DNA of 43,473 nt. It comes from a virus (lineage: Duplodnaviria; Caudoviricetes). The notes beneath the pieces are model-generated. The model was not told the origin of the DNA and made no database searches. It worked only from the letters and a program-made list of their open reading frames with translations. The stretch is from positions 1 to 43,473 of the IMG/VR virus record IMGVR_UViG_3300046823_000293. One strand, written 5' to 3'. Numbering within the stretch: position 1 is the first letter of the stretch; every line of letters begins with the position of its first letter. Below are positions 25,530 through 34,787 of this stretch, in pieces. Both the position numbers and the translations under genes were made by a program.

Positions 25530-26720
25530 TCAGCCGGTGATTCCCGTCGCCACGCCACCCGTTTTGGGCTGCGGGAACTGGAAGCCGCACTCGGTCAGGA
25601 TCTCGTCCTTCTGACCGTCAGCGTCGTTCGCCTGGCGGTTTTTCAGGAGCTTCGTGTCGCGGCTGCCACCGGGAGCGCTTCCGTCTCCGAGGTAGCGGTA
25701 CTGCGGAGCCGCCTTGCCGAAGTCGACGGCGATCATGTAGCCGCCCCAGACCGCGCCCTCGAGCAGGTTGTGCTTCACCAGCTTGAGTTCGCCCTGAGCG
25801 GTGATGTATTTCGAGATCGCGATGCCGGCCACCTTGTCCTGATCGGACTGGATGCCCTGCAAACGACCCAGCGCGTAGTTGTTGATGACATCCAACGCCA
25901 GCGCCGAGCAGAACACGACCTTGTTGGAGCCGCCGTACCGAGTGATCGAGCGAATCCAAGACCCGAGCTCGGCCTCGGTCATGGTGCCGCCCATGTCCTG
26001 ATTGTTGGAGGTCAGGAACGACAGCGCTCCAGCCGTGGTCCGCAGCGCCTTCCCACCGGGGCCAGTTTGACTCGCCTTCGAGCCGAACAAGCCCTTGAAC
26101 TCCAGGCTGAGCAGGTGCTCCGTGTTGGCCTTGCGGTGCTGATGGACCCACGCATGGGGCGTGGTGTTATTGCCCGAACTCATGGCCGTGCCGCTTTCCT
26201 CGACCGAGGTGCGGGTGATCTCCGTGAGGTTGGAGATCGTGGTCGGCGCCTTCCGACGTGCAGTCAGAGAGGTCTGACCATCTTCCGCGACGACTCCGAC
26301 CACGAACAGCGGGTCGTTGTCGACGAGCGCGGCTTTGGTCGTGCCCGCGTAGCCACGTTTGCATTTGATTTTCGTGGATTCGACCAGTTCGGTGACGAAC
26401 ATGATCTCGCTGGTGCGCGGGACTCGGATCAGCGCGTTCGCGTAGAACACTTCCTGCGTGTCTACGACGATCGTTTCTTCGGAACTGGTGTAGCCGCCGC
26501 CGTTGTTGACAGCGTCCCAGCGGACATCGCGTTCGTCCTCGACCCACTTGAATTCCGGGTCGATGGTCGAACGGACGTTGCCGCCGTTTTCGATGCTCTT
26601 GGTGAATACGGTCAGCGGCGCGTTCTCCGGCTCCAGCAGAAGGATGTCCTTGTCGAGGGCAATCGCTCGCTGGGTCGAGGAGAGGTCACTCAGCTGAGCC
26701 TGGCCTGAGATAACGGTCAT
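25530..26720 (-). CDS. Major capsid protein (DUF5309/SU10-like, HK97 fold)
   Basis: ILLLEPENAPL...EFKWVED...N.TEI.R...SGT...E...LFG...R.TAG...D..KDEILTECG; AAGGAG RBS. Confidence 0.9.
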   Translation of the reverse strand: MTVISGQAQLSDLSSTQRAIALDKDILLLEPENAPLTVFTKSIENGGNVRSTIDPEFKWVEDERDVRWDAVNNGGGYTSSEETIVVDTQEVFYANALIRVPRTSEIMFVTELVESTKIKCKRGYAGTTKAALVDNDPLFVVGVVAEDGQTSLTARRKAPTTISNLTEITRTSVEESGTAMSSGNNTTPHAWVHQHRKANTEHLLSLEFKGLFGSKASQTGPGGKALRTTAGALSFLTSNNQDMGGTMTEAELGSWIRSITRYGGSNKVVFCSALALDVINNYALGRLQGIQSDQDKVAGIAISKYITAQGELKLVKHNLLEGAVWGGYMIAVDFGKAAPQYRYLGDGSAPGGSRDTKLLKNRQANDADGQKDEILTECGFQFPQPKTGGVATGITG

Positions 26721-26753
26721 TGCTTCGTCTCCTTGTGGACGGTGCTCACCGGC

Positions 26754-27479
26754 TTATGCGAGCGGGTTGCTCGCCCCTCCGGTGAGGAGTTTTCGGTACT
26801 GATCCGCCTCGGAGTCCTCGCCCACCTGGGTCTGTCCCGCCCCTGTCTCCAGAGACGCTCCGTTTGCCCCAGCCTGCTCGGCCGGTACTGCTCCGGCGTC
26901 AGCCAGCTTGGCCTTCGCCGCTGTATAAGCCATATCGAGAAGGCCCGTATCGAACGCGACGCCATCGTTGTCGTAGCGCTGCGCGAGGCCATCCATCGTG
27001 GCGACGATCTCTTTGAAGAGGTCGCTGCCGGGCGTGACATCGGAGTGCTCCTTCTGCCATGCCTGAACCCGCTCTACCTGACGCTGCTCGTGGATTGGGT
27101 TGACCATCTCCTGAGCGGCCGATTGGGCGAGGTCTTTGATGTAGCTCTCCAACTCGGCGAGCTGTTGCTGTTGATCCTGCTGACCGGGATCGACACCCTG
27201 CTGCTGGCCCGCCTGAGCCAGTTCCTCGGGGGAGAGGCCGAAGTCCTCCTCGCCGCCCTGAAGCGCTGAGAGAAGGTCGTCCGGCTGAGGACCCTGAAGT
27301 TCCTGGAGCTGTTGCTCGGCGGCCTGGGCCCGCTGCTCCATCTCCTGAAGGCGCTGGTTGAACTGGTCCTCGGGGGAGACGGTCTGCTCGGGGGCGGCTG
27401 GCGCCTGGGTCTGAGCGGGAGCCTGAAGCTGCCCGTCGCCGTCTGCCGCTGCTGGTGCTACCGCTGCTGAACCCTCCAT
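26754..27479 (-). CDS. Scaffolding protein
   Basis: Acidic, Gln-rich coiled coil directly upstream of the capsid gene. Confidence 0.75.
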   Translation of the reverse strand: MEGSAAVAPAAADGDGQLQAPAQTQAPAAPEQTVSPEDQFNQRLQEMEQRAQAAEQQLQELQGPQPDDLLSALQGGEEDFGLSPEELAQAGQQQGVDPGQQDQQQQLAELESYIKDLAQSAAQEMVNPIHEQRQVERVQAWQKEHSDVTPGSDLFKEIVATMDGLAQRYDNDGVAFDTGLLDMAYTAAKAKLADAGAVPAEQAGANGASLETGAGQTQVGEDSEADQYRKLLTGGASNPLA

Positions 27480-27482
27480 TGC

Positions 27483-27809
27483 CTACTCCTCCTCTTCGCG
27501 GAGCGCCTGCGCCGCTTCTTGACCGTTTTGGATGAGTCCCTTGGCGATCGGGACGACTTCCTTCAGCCCGCGGATATGACCCACCGTGTCTGCGTAGCTC
27601 GCCGCGTCTGCGTCGGCCTTGCGGAACATCCGCTGGTGGAAGAGCCCCTCGCCATGTAGATGCAGCGCGTGGGCGAGCGCCTGAAAACCGGGGTGCTTCA
27701 GCATCTCCTCAACCTGCTCGCCGACGCCGACCTGCTCTTGGCGGGTCGAACCGGGGAGTGCCGCTGGCATCACCCGCTCGTCGTCGATTGTTGAGTATTC
27801 AGTAGACAC
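27483..27809 (-). CDS. Small head-assembly protein
   Basis: ML.HPGFQ.L...G.IRGL..V...pattern typical of the portal-to-scaffold interval. Confidence 0.7.
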   Translation of the reverse strand: MSTEYSTIDDERVMPAALPGSTRQEQVGVGEQVEEMLKHPGFQALAHALHLHGEGLFHQRMFRKADADAASYADTVGHIRGLKEVVPIAKGLIQNGQEAAQALREEEE

Positions 27810-27814
27810 TTAAC
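27790..27814. promoter_or_regulatory. Operator motif GTTGAGTATT-CAGTA-GACACTTAAC (opposite orientation)
   Basis: Same 10-5-10 palindrome, at the head of the scaffold-capsid operon. Confidence 0.85.
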
Positions 27815-27900
27815 GCCTCGGCGGCAAGAATGGCACCGCTCATCGGACGGAATGCGTAAGTCAGCGCCTACGTTTGCGGAGTCGGCGTCGAGACTGGCTT

Positions 27901-27987
27901 GGATGCGGGGCGTAGAACGGCTTCCCGGAGAGAATCGCTCGCAAGGTCATCCCCGCCGGGCGAGCCTTGCCAGCCCTATACGGCTGG
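27901..27987 (-). ncRNA. Candidate structured (pseudoknotted) RNA element
   Basis: Interleaved complementary blocks gcaagg/ccttgc, gctcgc/gcgagc, gcgggg/ccccgc, ggatg/catcc plus hairpin ccagcc/ggctgg in a gap of about 190 nt. Confidence 0.35.
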
Positions 27988-28003
27988 GTGCGGCGGGAGG
28001 GCT

Positions 28004-29311
28004 TCATTCGACTAGGCCCAATTCGTACATCGCTTCAGCGACTTCTTTGGCGGTGGCTTCGCTGGCTGGTTTGATGTTGGGCTTCCTCGGGTTGTGCCAG
28101 GTTAGATTCGGGAGTTTGGGATCGCTGGTCACGCCGCTGTTGGCCCCGCTGATGTTCGTGATGATGTTGGGCGCGGTGTTGGCGAGCACGGGCGGTTCCC
28201 CGATGTTGCGCGGGTTCTTCTGGATGTTGATCCCGTCGATCAGCGAGCTCTCCGGCCAGCTGGAGTTGCCGTCTTCGTAGTCGAAGGTGATCGAATACTG
28301 CGAGTCCGAGCCGCCCGCTGTGTAGAGCGGGTGGATGTTGCGGAACCAGGCCGAGTCGGAGCCGCCGATGTGGATCGCGCTCAGTTTGTTGCCGACGCTG
28401 GATTTCGGCACGGCGATCCAGATGTGCTCCCAATCCTCGAAAGAGCAGTTGGCGTCGGTGCGGCCTTCGCTGGTCAGGAGGATTCCGGCGTTGCGGGTCG
28501 ATTTTTCGGATTCGGGGAAGCCGTTGAACTGAACCCCGACCCGCCGCCAGGTGTTGTGCATGGTGTTCGTGATGATCGATTTGAAGGCGGCCGAGGAGCG
28601 GCAGATGATCCCGGTCCGGGTTTCGACGCTGTAGAGATCCTCGACCTGACCGAACTGACCGGCGGTCACTCGCAGGGGAGAGGCGGCTTTGCCCTTCCCG
28701 TGCAGGAGGAGGCGCTTCAACCCCCAGCCGCCGACCGGCCCGAGAACCTCGACCATGTTCCCGCCGGCGGCGCCGTTCCAGGTGAGTTGCACTCGAGCGG
28801 AAGAGACGAACTGGTCGAGCCAGCCTGGCTGCCCGACGCCCTCAACGATTCCCGCTCTGGTGGCAGTCAGTTCTTCGGCCGAGCTGCCGTTGCCGATGAC
28901 GAGCGGGTTGGTAATTGAGTAGGCGCCAGGCCTAGCGATTACCGCCCGCAAGCCAAGGGGGCTCAGAACTTCCAGTGCCTCGTTGATCGGGACCGAGTTG
29001 TCGGTGACCGTTGTGCTCACCCCGAACTCGGCGCAGATGTCTACCGCCTCTAGGGCTTCCTCCGGGGGCGGTCCGTCTTCGCCTGGCGTGAACCGTTTGC
29101 TCTGCCAGGCTTCTGCGACTTTCGCGGCGGCAAAGTAGGGGACGTGATCGGTCAGGCCGGTGAAGGTCAGTGAGCCGCCCGTGACGGTCGCGGTCACCAC
29201 CGGGCTTCCGGGCGGACCGCCGGCGGGGAAGCTCGCGTAGCCCCGTGCGTCGTAGGCCGAGACGCTCGTGCCCTCGGGGAACGGCGTGTTTGGGAGGGTG
29301 AAGGAGGACAT
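28004..29311 (-). CDS. Fibre/spike protein: shared anchor domain plus pectin-lyase-like beta-helix
   Basis: EFGV.....DNS..IN.AL......PG.Y.I...L motif; N-terminus paralogous to 30009..31805. Confidence 0.75.
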   Translation of the reverse strand: MSSFTLPNTPFPEGTSVSAYDARGYASFPAGGPPGSPVVTATVTGGSLTFTGLTDHVPYFAAAKVAEAWQSKRFTPGEDGPPPEEALEAVDICAEFGVSTTVTDNSVPINEALEVLSPLGLRAVIARPGAYSITNPLVIGNGSSAEELTATRAGIVEGVGQPGWLDQFVSSARVQLTWNGAAGGNMVEVLGPVGGWGLKRLLLHGKGKAASPLRVTAGQFGQVEDLYSVETRTGIICRSSAAFKSIITNTMHNTWRRVGVQFNGFPESEKSTRNAGILLTSEGRTDANCSFEDWEHIWIAVPKSSVGNKLSAIHIGGSDSAWFRNIHPLYTAGGSDSQYSITFDYEDGNSSWPESSLIDGINIQKNPRNIGEPPVLANTAPNIITNISGANSGVTSDPKLPNLTWHNPRKPNIKPASEATAKEVAEAMYELGLVE

Positions 29312-30012
29312 CAGCCCGTCAGTGGATAGAAGAGGCCGCCAAAGGCAGCGGTGATCGTTGCTTTATAAGCACCGGAGAACGGGACGACTTTGCCCGCCGC
29401 TTCCACTGCAAAGGTGATCGGCTTTTCGGAAGTGGCGACGGAGATGAACTGCTTGTTCGCCGGCCTGGCCGCCGCCGGGAGTTTGAATGCTTCAGCGTTG
29501 ATCGCAATTTCTTCCCCGGCCTTGACCTTCACCGCACCCCGGAGATACGCCACGCCCAGCTTGACCGCATACTGGAGTTTGGGGCCAAGACCCGCCGCTT
29601 CTTCGAGCTTGGCGCTCTGTCCTTCGACTTCCAGCCATTCGAGTTCTTCCTGGTTGCGGCGGACCCCGATGATGACGAACGCCAGCGCACCGCTGTCAGT
29701 CTTCTTGAGGGTCGCCGTCTCGCCGGCCGCCAGAGTGAGCGTTTTCCCAGGGACCGCGATATTGGTACCCGCTACCGCATCCTGTTCGATTTTCGTCCCG
29801 GCGACCGTGGCGCGGAAAACGACCTCCTCGCCCACTGCCATGACCGACTTGATGAGCTTGATCGTGTTGGTCGCGTTGGTCAGGACCACTTCGCGGGCGT
29901 TGTGGATGTCGAGGATGGCCGCTGTTCCGATGGCGAGCGTGATGCCGCTGCTCTGCCCGATCGGGAGCGACGCGCCCCGCGAGAGGTCGTGAACTCTTAC
30001 CTGGCCGCTCAT
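29311..30012 (-). CDS. Fibre-tip/receptor-binding-like protein
   Basis: LQY....G..YLRG......FKLPAAARP motif of phage fibre C-termini. Confidence 0.7.
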   Translation of the reverse strand: MSGQVRVHDLSRGASLPIGQSSGITLAIGTAAILDIHNAREVVLTNATNTIKLIKSVMAVGEEVVFRATVAGTKIEQDAVAGTNIAVPGKTLTLAAGETATLKKTDSGALAFVIIGVRRNQEELEWLEVEGQSAKLEEAAGLGPKLQYAVKLGVAYLRGAVKVKAGEEIAINAEAFKLPAAARPANKQFISVATSEKPITFAVEAAGKVVPFSGAYKATITAAFGGLFYPLTG

Positions 30013-31805
30013 ACTTGCACCACTCCTCTGTCGATCGCCGAGTTTGTGTCGTAGCTGACGCTGCCCTCAGATTCGCCTTCGAACTTGGCAATGAAACCTT
30101 CTCCGTTGCCACCCTTGGTGAGCGGAACCCCGGCTACCGGGCCTTCGGTGCCGTTGGCTTCGACCGGGTTGGAGAGCGTCAGCGTCGAGCCGACTACCGT
30201 TGTGAGCGTGGTCCCGGCTTTGATCCCCTTACCGACGATCGTGTCGCCTTCGGCCCAGGTCCCACCAGAGGCGGTGACCGTGGCCGAGCCGACCGTGAGT
30301 GTCCCGGAGCCGTTGGATGTGCCTTCAGAGGCACCAGAGACCGACACGTCCATATTGACCTGACGACATTCCCGGCGGGCGAGTACACCCCGCGCCTGGT
30401 TCTCAAAGTCGGCGCCGCGTTGCAGGTTCAGCCAGCGAACACTTTCGGCGAGAATTTGCAGATCGGCGTTCTGGAGCGTGCAACCGTCTTCGAAGGTGAA
30501 GAAGGCCGGCGTGTTGGTGGCTCCGGTGGTCAGCAGCCGGAGGTTCGTGTCTGCCGCCGCGTGGGCGAAGACCAGAGGAGCCTTCAGCGTGATTTCGCTA
30601 CCGGACACCGATTCCACTTCGCAGACCTCGTTGTGGTAGCCCTCACCGATCGTGAAGACCTGGTTGGTCGCGAAGCCGGTGGCCGATTTGACTTTGACTT
30701 TCGTCGCGGCTGCGGCGGCGTCTGAGGTGAGCGTCGTCGCGAAGGTGAAGCGGCGCGTAAGCTCGACGTTGAGGCCGCCCACCGGGCCAGCTTCAGATTC
30801 CTGGCCCTGGATCGACGTGGCGTTGTCGAATGTGAACTTCGCGCACTGCCCGGTGCATTTGATTCCGCGGGCGGTCGTCGGTCCGATCAGCTCGCCGCTG
30901 GACGCTTCCGTGACGCTGCCGCTGTTTTTGTGGGAGATGAAGCAGCGCTTGAAGTTGATGAACTGGTGCGGGAATTTACCGCCGGACTTGCCGCCGTCCC
31001 ACCACATCGCGTGGCCGCTCCAAGAGCCGAGCCAGGTGCAGTCCTCGAAGTACGCCGCGTTGACGCCGCCTTCGGTGCTGCCGCCGGTTTCAGCGAAGAG
31101 GTAGAAGGAGCACTGGCCGAGGTTGCCGTTGGGTTCGAAGGTGATGTTGCGCCAGCCGCAGTACTTCACCAAGCCTTTGGCTTGGAGGATCTGGCCAGGG
31201 TTGCTCGAGCCAGCCTTGGCCTTGAGCTTGGTGTGACCAGCCGCAGCTCCTTCGAAATGCACGCTGGTTTCCCATTCATAGCCGTCAACGATGTAGGTTT
31301 TTCCCGCCAGACGGACCGTGCCGCCACCGGCCGCGACGATCGCTTTACTTGTGGCCTGGAAAGCAGCGGTGTCGTCGGTGGTGCCGTTGCCCACCGCGCC
31401 AAAGTTCTCTGGCACGAGGTCGAGGATGGTGATCGCCGGGTTGTCGGTCCCAACCGCCTTGCCAGCTTCACCGATGCTGCCGACCGCCGCGCCGCCGCCT
31501 TCTCCAGCGAGTTTTTCGACCTCGGCTTTCGCTGCCGGGCTCAGTTCCGAGCCAGCCAGGTCCGCGCCGGCGACGAACTTCTCGTAGTGGTAGACGCCAC
31601 CGACTTCAGCGACTGCCCAATAGCGGGTTCCTTCCGTCAGGCCGCTGAACGTCAAGGTGCCAGCGGTCATCGTGGCTTCTGCCGCCGAGGAACCGATGGG
31701 TGCGCCCGAGGGAAGAGTCGGGGTCGGCCAGTTCGTTGTCAAATACGCTTTGACGACTGTGCCGTTCGGGAACAGGGCGTTGTTTGTCAGCGTGAAGGAA
31801 CTCAT
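30009..31805 (-). CDS. Tailspike/head-fibre with pectate_lyase_3-type beta-helix (depolymerase candidate)
   Basis: PENFGAVGNGTTDDTAAFQA......GGGTV.L..KTY. Confidence 0.85.
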   Translation of the reverse strand: MSSFTLTNNALFPNGTVVKAYLTTNWPTPTLPSGAPIGSSAAEATMTAGTLTFSGLTEGTRYWAVAEVGGVYHYEKFVAGADLAGSELSPAAKAEVEKLAGEGGGAAVGSIGEAGKAVGTDNPAITILDLVPENFGAVGNGTTDDTAAFQATSKAIVAAGGGTVRLAGKTYIVDGYEWETSVHFEGAAAGHTKLKAKAGSSNPGQILQAKGLVKYCGWRNITFEPNGNLGQCSFYLFAETGGSTEGGVNAAYFEDCTWLGSWSGHAMWWDGGKSGGKFPHQFINFKRCFISHKNSGSVTEASSGELIGPTTARGIKCTGQCAKFTFDNATSIQGQESEAGPVGGLNVELTRRFTFATTLTSDAAAAATKVKVKSATGFATNQVFTIGEGYHNEVCEVESVSGSEITLKAPLVFAHAAADTNLRLLTTGATNTPAFFTFEDGCTLQNADLQILAESVRWLNLQRGADFENQARGVLARRECRQVNMDVSVSGASEGTSNGSGTLTVGSATVTASGGTWAEGDTIVGKGIKAGTTLTTVVGSTLTLSNPVEANGTEGPVAGVPLTKGGNGEGFIAKFEGESEGSVSYDTNSAIDRGVVQV

Positions 31806-31806
31806 C

Positions 31807-32223
31807 TCAGCTCACCGAGAACTGCGTGTAGAGGTAGGTGTCTCCGACAGGACCCGATGCGGCCCACTGGCCCGACGTCAGCCCGCGGACCTCGAGCAGG
31901 CCGCGTGCCTTGACGGTCGCTGATGCGGTCGGTGAGGGGATCGGCTCCCGTCCGAGGCCGCGCTCGATCTGGACCGTGTGGGCGGGGTAGAAGCCGACTT
32001 TGGTGTCCGGCGGGAAGCGGTGGTTGCGGACCACGATGACCGGGCCCTTCGGCTTGCTCGCCCGCTTGGCCGGTTTCTTCGCCGCAGGCAGCGTGCCGGT
32101 CTTGGCCTTGACTTTCGTGGTGCTAGCCACTTCCCGTTCCGCCTTGGCCGCCGACTTCTTGGCGGTCTTCTTGGGAGCCGCCTTTTTCGGAGCGGCTTTC
32201 TTCTTGGCTTTTTTGGTCGCCAT
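31807..32223 (-). CDS. Histone-H1-like Lys/Ala-rich tail fused to the shared anchor domain
   Basis: ATKKAKKKAAPKKAAPKKTAKK...; C-terminal FPPDTKV..Y...P.PSP.ASATV...L...GL. Confidence 0.75.
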   Translation of the reverse strand: MATKKAKKKAAPKKAAPKKTAKKSAAKAEREVASTTKVKAKTGTLPAAKKPAKRASKPKGPVIVVRNHRFPPDTKVGFYPAHTVQIERGLGREPIPSPTASATVKARGLLEVRGLTSGQWAASGPVGDTYLYTQFSVS

Positions 32224-32235
32224 GTGTCAGCCCTC

Positions 32236-32823
32236 CTAGCTGGCGTCCGTCCAGAACAGACAGGTGCGCTGTTTGCCACCTTCGCCTGACTTCGAACCCT
32301 GGGTCGTGGTTGAGATGGTCACGGCCGCACCGCCGCCCGAGAGCGGAGTGCCGCCGTTCGCGCCGGTCATCGCCGCAACGTTGGTGCCCGACCATGCCTT
32401 GAGGAACTTCACGGTGTAGGGCGTGGTGCCGCCAGAGTTGCCCGGTCCGCCTTCGACTTTCACATCGCCTTCCGCGACGTTAGAGAGGGCGACCAGCGCT
32501 TCTTCGACTTCGAGCGCGGTGGCGTTGAATTTGATGTTGCCGGTCTGCTGGCCTTCAAAGGTCAGTTTGAACTGGCCCGCCGTGGCGTCGACTTTGACGC
32601 TCTGGAGCTCGTCGACGACACCCTCTAGTAGGTAGGCAGTCGTGGGTTCAAGGCCGGAGAAGGTGACCGCGCCGCCTGACATCACGCCGCTCGCCACGGG
32701 CGCGGGGATTGGGGTACGGCCTTCGCGACGCTCGACCTCAACTTCCCTGCGGAGAAACGCTTGGACTGCGGTGCCATCGGGAATGTGCCCTGCGAGCGGT
32801 GTGACTGTCTTCGAAACGGACAT
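32236..32823 (-). CDS. Virion decoration protein: anchor domain with inserted actinophage-type Ig-like domain
   Basis: IPDGTAVQAF...VTFSGL; insert ELQSV...ATAGQFKLTFEGQQT..I.FNATA..V..AL..LSN...YTV.F. Confidence 0.75.
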   Translation of the reverse strand: MSVSKTVTPLAGHIPDGTAVQAFLRREVEVERREGRTPIPAPVASGVMSGGAVTFSGLEPTTAYLLEGVVDELQSVKVDATAGQFKLTFEGQQTGNIKFNATALEVEEALVALSNVAEGDVKVEGGPGNSGGTTPYTVKFLKAWSGTNVAAMTGANGGTPLSGGGAAVTISTTTQGSKSGEGGKQRTCLFWTDAS

Positions 32824-32825
32824 AG

Positions 32826-34787
32826 CTAGCCTCCTGTGGCTGTCGGTTCTGGGGCGGCGCCGTTCTGAGTCGGTTCGGCGCCTTCGGGTTCGGGGGACGA
32901 GCCTTCGCCTGGAGGCCCTGCGCTAAGTGGGGGATTGGTGATCTGTTGGTGGGCGGCTTCGAGGATCTGGTGGATCTGTTCGTCCGGGATGCCGTGCTGT
33001 TGCATCGTCTGGCCGATCGCCATGACGCTCTGCTCCGCGTTGGGACCGGGCGGTTTGAGCAGCGCCTCGGGTTCGTCGTGGCCGAGTTTGCGGAGCAGGT
33101 TCGAGACGACTTTGCGGTGGTCGAGTTCTTCGAGGAAGGGGGTCAGCGCATCGACTTCCTGCACCGCGTCCGATTTCTTCTGCGCTTCGCTTTCGGGTTC
33201 CGTGGAGCCGTCCACCGGATCGACTTCGATGTCCGCGTTGAGCTGGGCGGGCCCGCACTCGACGAAGGAGTAGCCCGTGGGGGTACTGAGCGGGGCGGTC
33301 GGCGCTTCGATGCGGATCGTCTGCCCCTGCCCCTCCTCGGTGATGTGCTGGCGGTAGAGATCGAGCCGCTGGTGGACCTCGCGCCGCAGCGTTTCGACGT
33401 GGAAGTTCTTGGTCTTCTGCTTGATCCGTTTGTTGGCGACCTGGAGGTTCAACTGCGTCGCCGTGGCGGTTTCCGAGCCGCCCATGCCGAGCGCGGTTTC
33501 CGAGAGTCCCGTCGCTAGCTCGATGTCGGTCTTGAGGGCCTGCTCCTCCTCGACGCCGGACGCAGGGAGGTCGGTGAAGGGCATCGGCATCATCACCTCG
33601 CCGGGCGGTCCGTCAACCGGGACCATCGCGCCGATACCCGTGACCATGTTTTTCGGGTTCAGCATCCCGCGTGAGTAGAAGTAGCCGCGGTTCATCGAGA
33701 GGGTGGCTGCGTCGCGCCGCTGGCCCCGCATCGCGTTCAACTCGAAGTTCAAGTGGGAGATCGGCTCGGCCTCACCGATCCCGACGAACTCATGCTCGAC
33801 GACGACGGGCCGGAAAATCTGGAACGGGAAGTCGCCATGCAGGAAGGGGTTCTCGGCCTCCTGAACGAGCAGCGTTTTCCCGAGGACCGTGTAGACGTTG
33901 TCGCGGTCGTGGTACTCCCAGACCTCGAATAGCTCGTTGCCCTCCGAGCCCTCGAAGGTCGAGAGGCCGGCAGCCTGCATCCGTTCGGCCCAGACTTCCC
34001 CGCGAGCCGTCGTCGAGGAGAAGCTTTTGACGCGCTCGAGATCGAGTTCGACCCAGCCGCCTTTTTCTCCCTTGGCTCGCCGTTCCTTGCCTTCCGTGAC
34101 TCGATCTTCGATGTACTGCATCGAGCGCCAGTTGCGGTGAATGACGTAGCCGCAGGAGTCGAGGTTGTAGCCGATCGGATCCCAGAAGAAGTCGAAGATG
34201 TCCACCGATTCGACCATCGGGCCTTCGTAGACCGGAGTTGCGGCGCCGCTGCGGACCTGGTAGCCAGCAGCGGCAGACATCGGGACAATTTCCTTGCGAC
34301 CGCTGCGGAAGCGTTTTTCCCAGAAGAGCTTCTGGACGCCGATGCCGTAGCGCAGACCGGAGCGGACGGTTTCCTGAAGCCGCATCTCGTATTCCATGCG
34401 CTTCTGATCGCGCTCGAAGAGGCGTTTCACCGGGTCGCAGGCGGAAAGCGCCGATTCCTGGTTCGGCTTGACGCTGATGGTCGGGTCGGTCGAGAGGATC
34501 CCTGGGAGAACCGTCTCGATGACCGTGTAGATGTAGGGCACGAAGAGGTCGTCGCCGAAGACGCGGCGGAATTCCTGCATCACCGAGTCCCTGTCGTTCG
34601 GCGTAGTCGCCTGGGCGTGGCGGTTCCGCAGCCGCTTGTAGTTGCGGCTCAGCCCGTAGTAGGTGTTGAAGCGGGGATCGAGATCCTTGTGGAGTTTGTT
34701 GCTCGCCTCGAAGCGCTTGCAAATGAACTCGAGCAGGGTCTTCTGTTCGTCGGAGAGTTCGTCGCTGGAACCGAGGCCGGGCATCAC
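32826..34787 (-). CDS. Portal protein (P22/SU10-like)
   Basis: 653 aa; LRYGIGV.K..W, VDIFDFFWDP, VWEYHD, ENPF.HG.FPF, GIG..E.I..L..E.N, ETATA. Confidence 0.9.
   Translation of the reverse strand: MMPGLGSSDELSDEQKTLLEFICKRFEASNKLHKDLDPRFNTYYGLSRNYKRLRNRHAQATTPNDRDSVMQEFRRVFGDDLFVPYIYTVIETVLPGILSTDPTISVKPNQESALSACDPVKRLFERDQKRMEYEMRLQETVRSGLRYGIGVQKLFWEKRFRSGRKEIVPMSAAAGYQVRSGAATPVYEGPMVESVDIFDFFWDPIGYNLDSCGYVIHRNWRSMQYIEDRVTEGKERRAKGEKGGWVELDLERVKSFSSTTARGEVWAERMQAAGLSTFEGSEGNELFEVWEYHDRDNVYTVLGKTLLVQEAENPFLHGDFPFQIFRPVVVEHEFVGIGEAEPISHLNFELNAMRGQRRDAATLSMNRGYFYSRGMLNPKNMVTGIGAMVPVDGPPGEVMMPMPFTDLPASGVEEEQALKTDIELATGLSETALGMGGSETATATQLNLQVANKRIKQKTKNFHVETLRREVHQRLDLYRQHITEEGQGQTIRIEAPTAPLSTPTGYSFVECGPAQLNADIEVDPVDGSTEPESEAQKKSDAVQEVDALTPFLEELDHRKVVSNLLRKLGHDEPEALLKPPGPNAEQSVMAIGQTMQQHGIPDEQIHQILEAAHQQITNPPLSAGPPGEGSSPEPEGAEPTQNGAAPEPTATGG

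Noticed and set aside
13458-26708. Long plus-strand ORFs such as 13458..14819 and 25173..26708
   Set aside because: Antisense shadows of structural genes with no protein motifs.
27835-27850. Hammerhead ribozyme core (CCGATGAG on the minus strand)
   Set aside because: No downstream GAAA or flanking stems in the required arrangement.
30000-30030. Programmed frameshift fusing the 598-aa spike to the 233-aa tip protein
   Set aside because: Ordinary ATGA coupling with a GAGGAG RBS and no slippery heptamer; two genes is the simpler reading.
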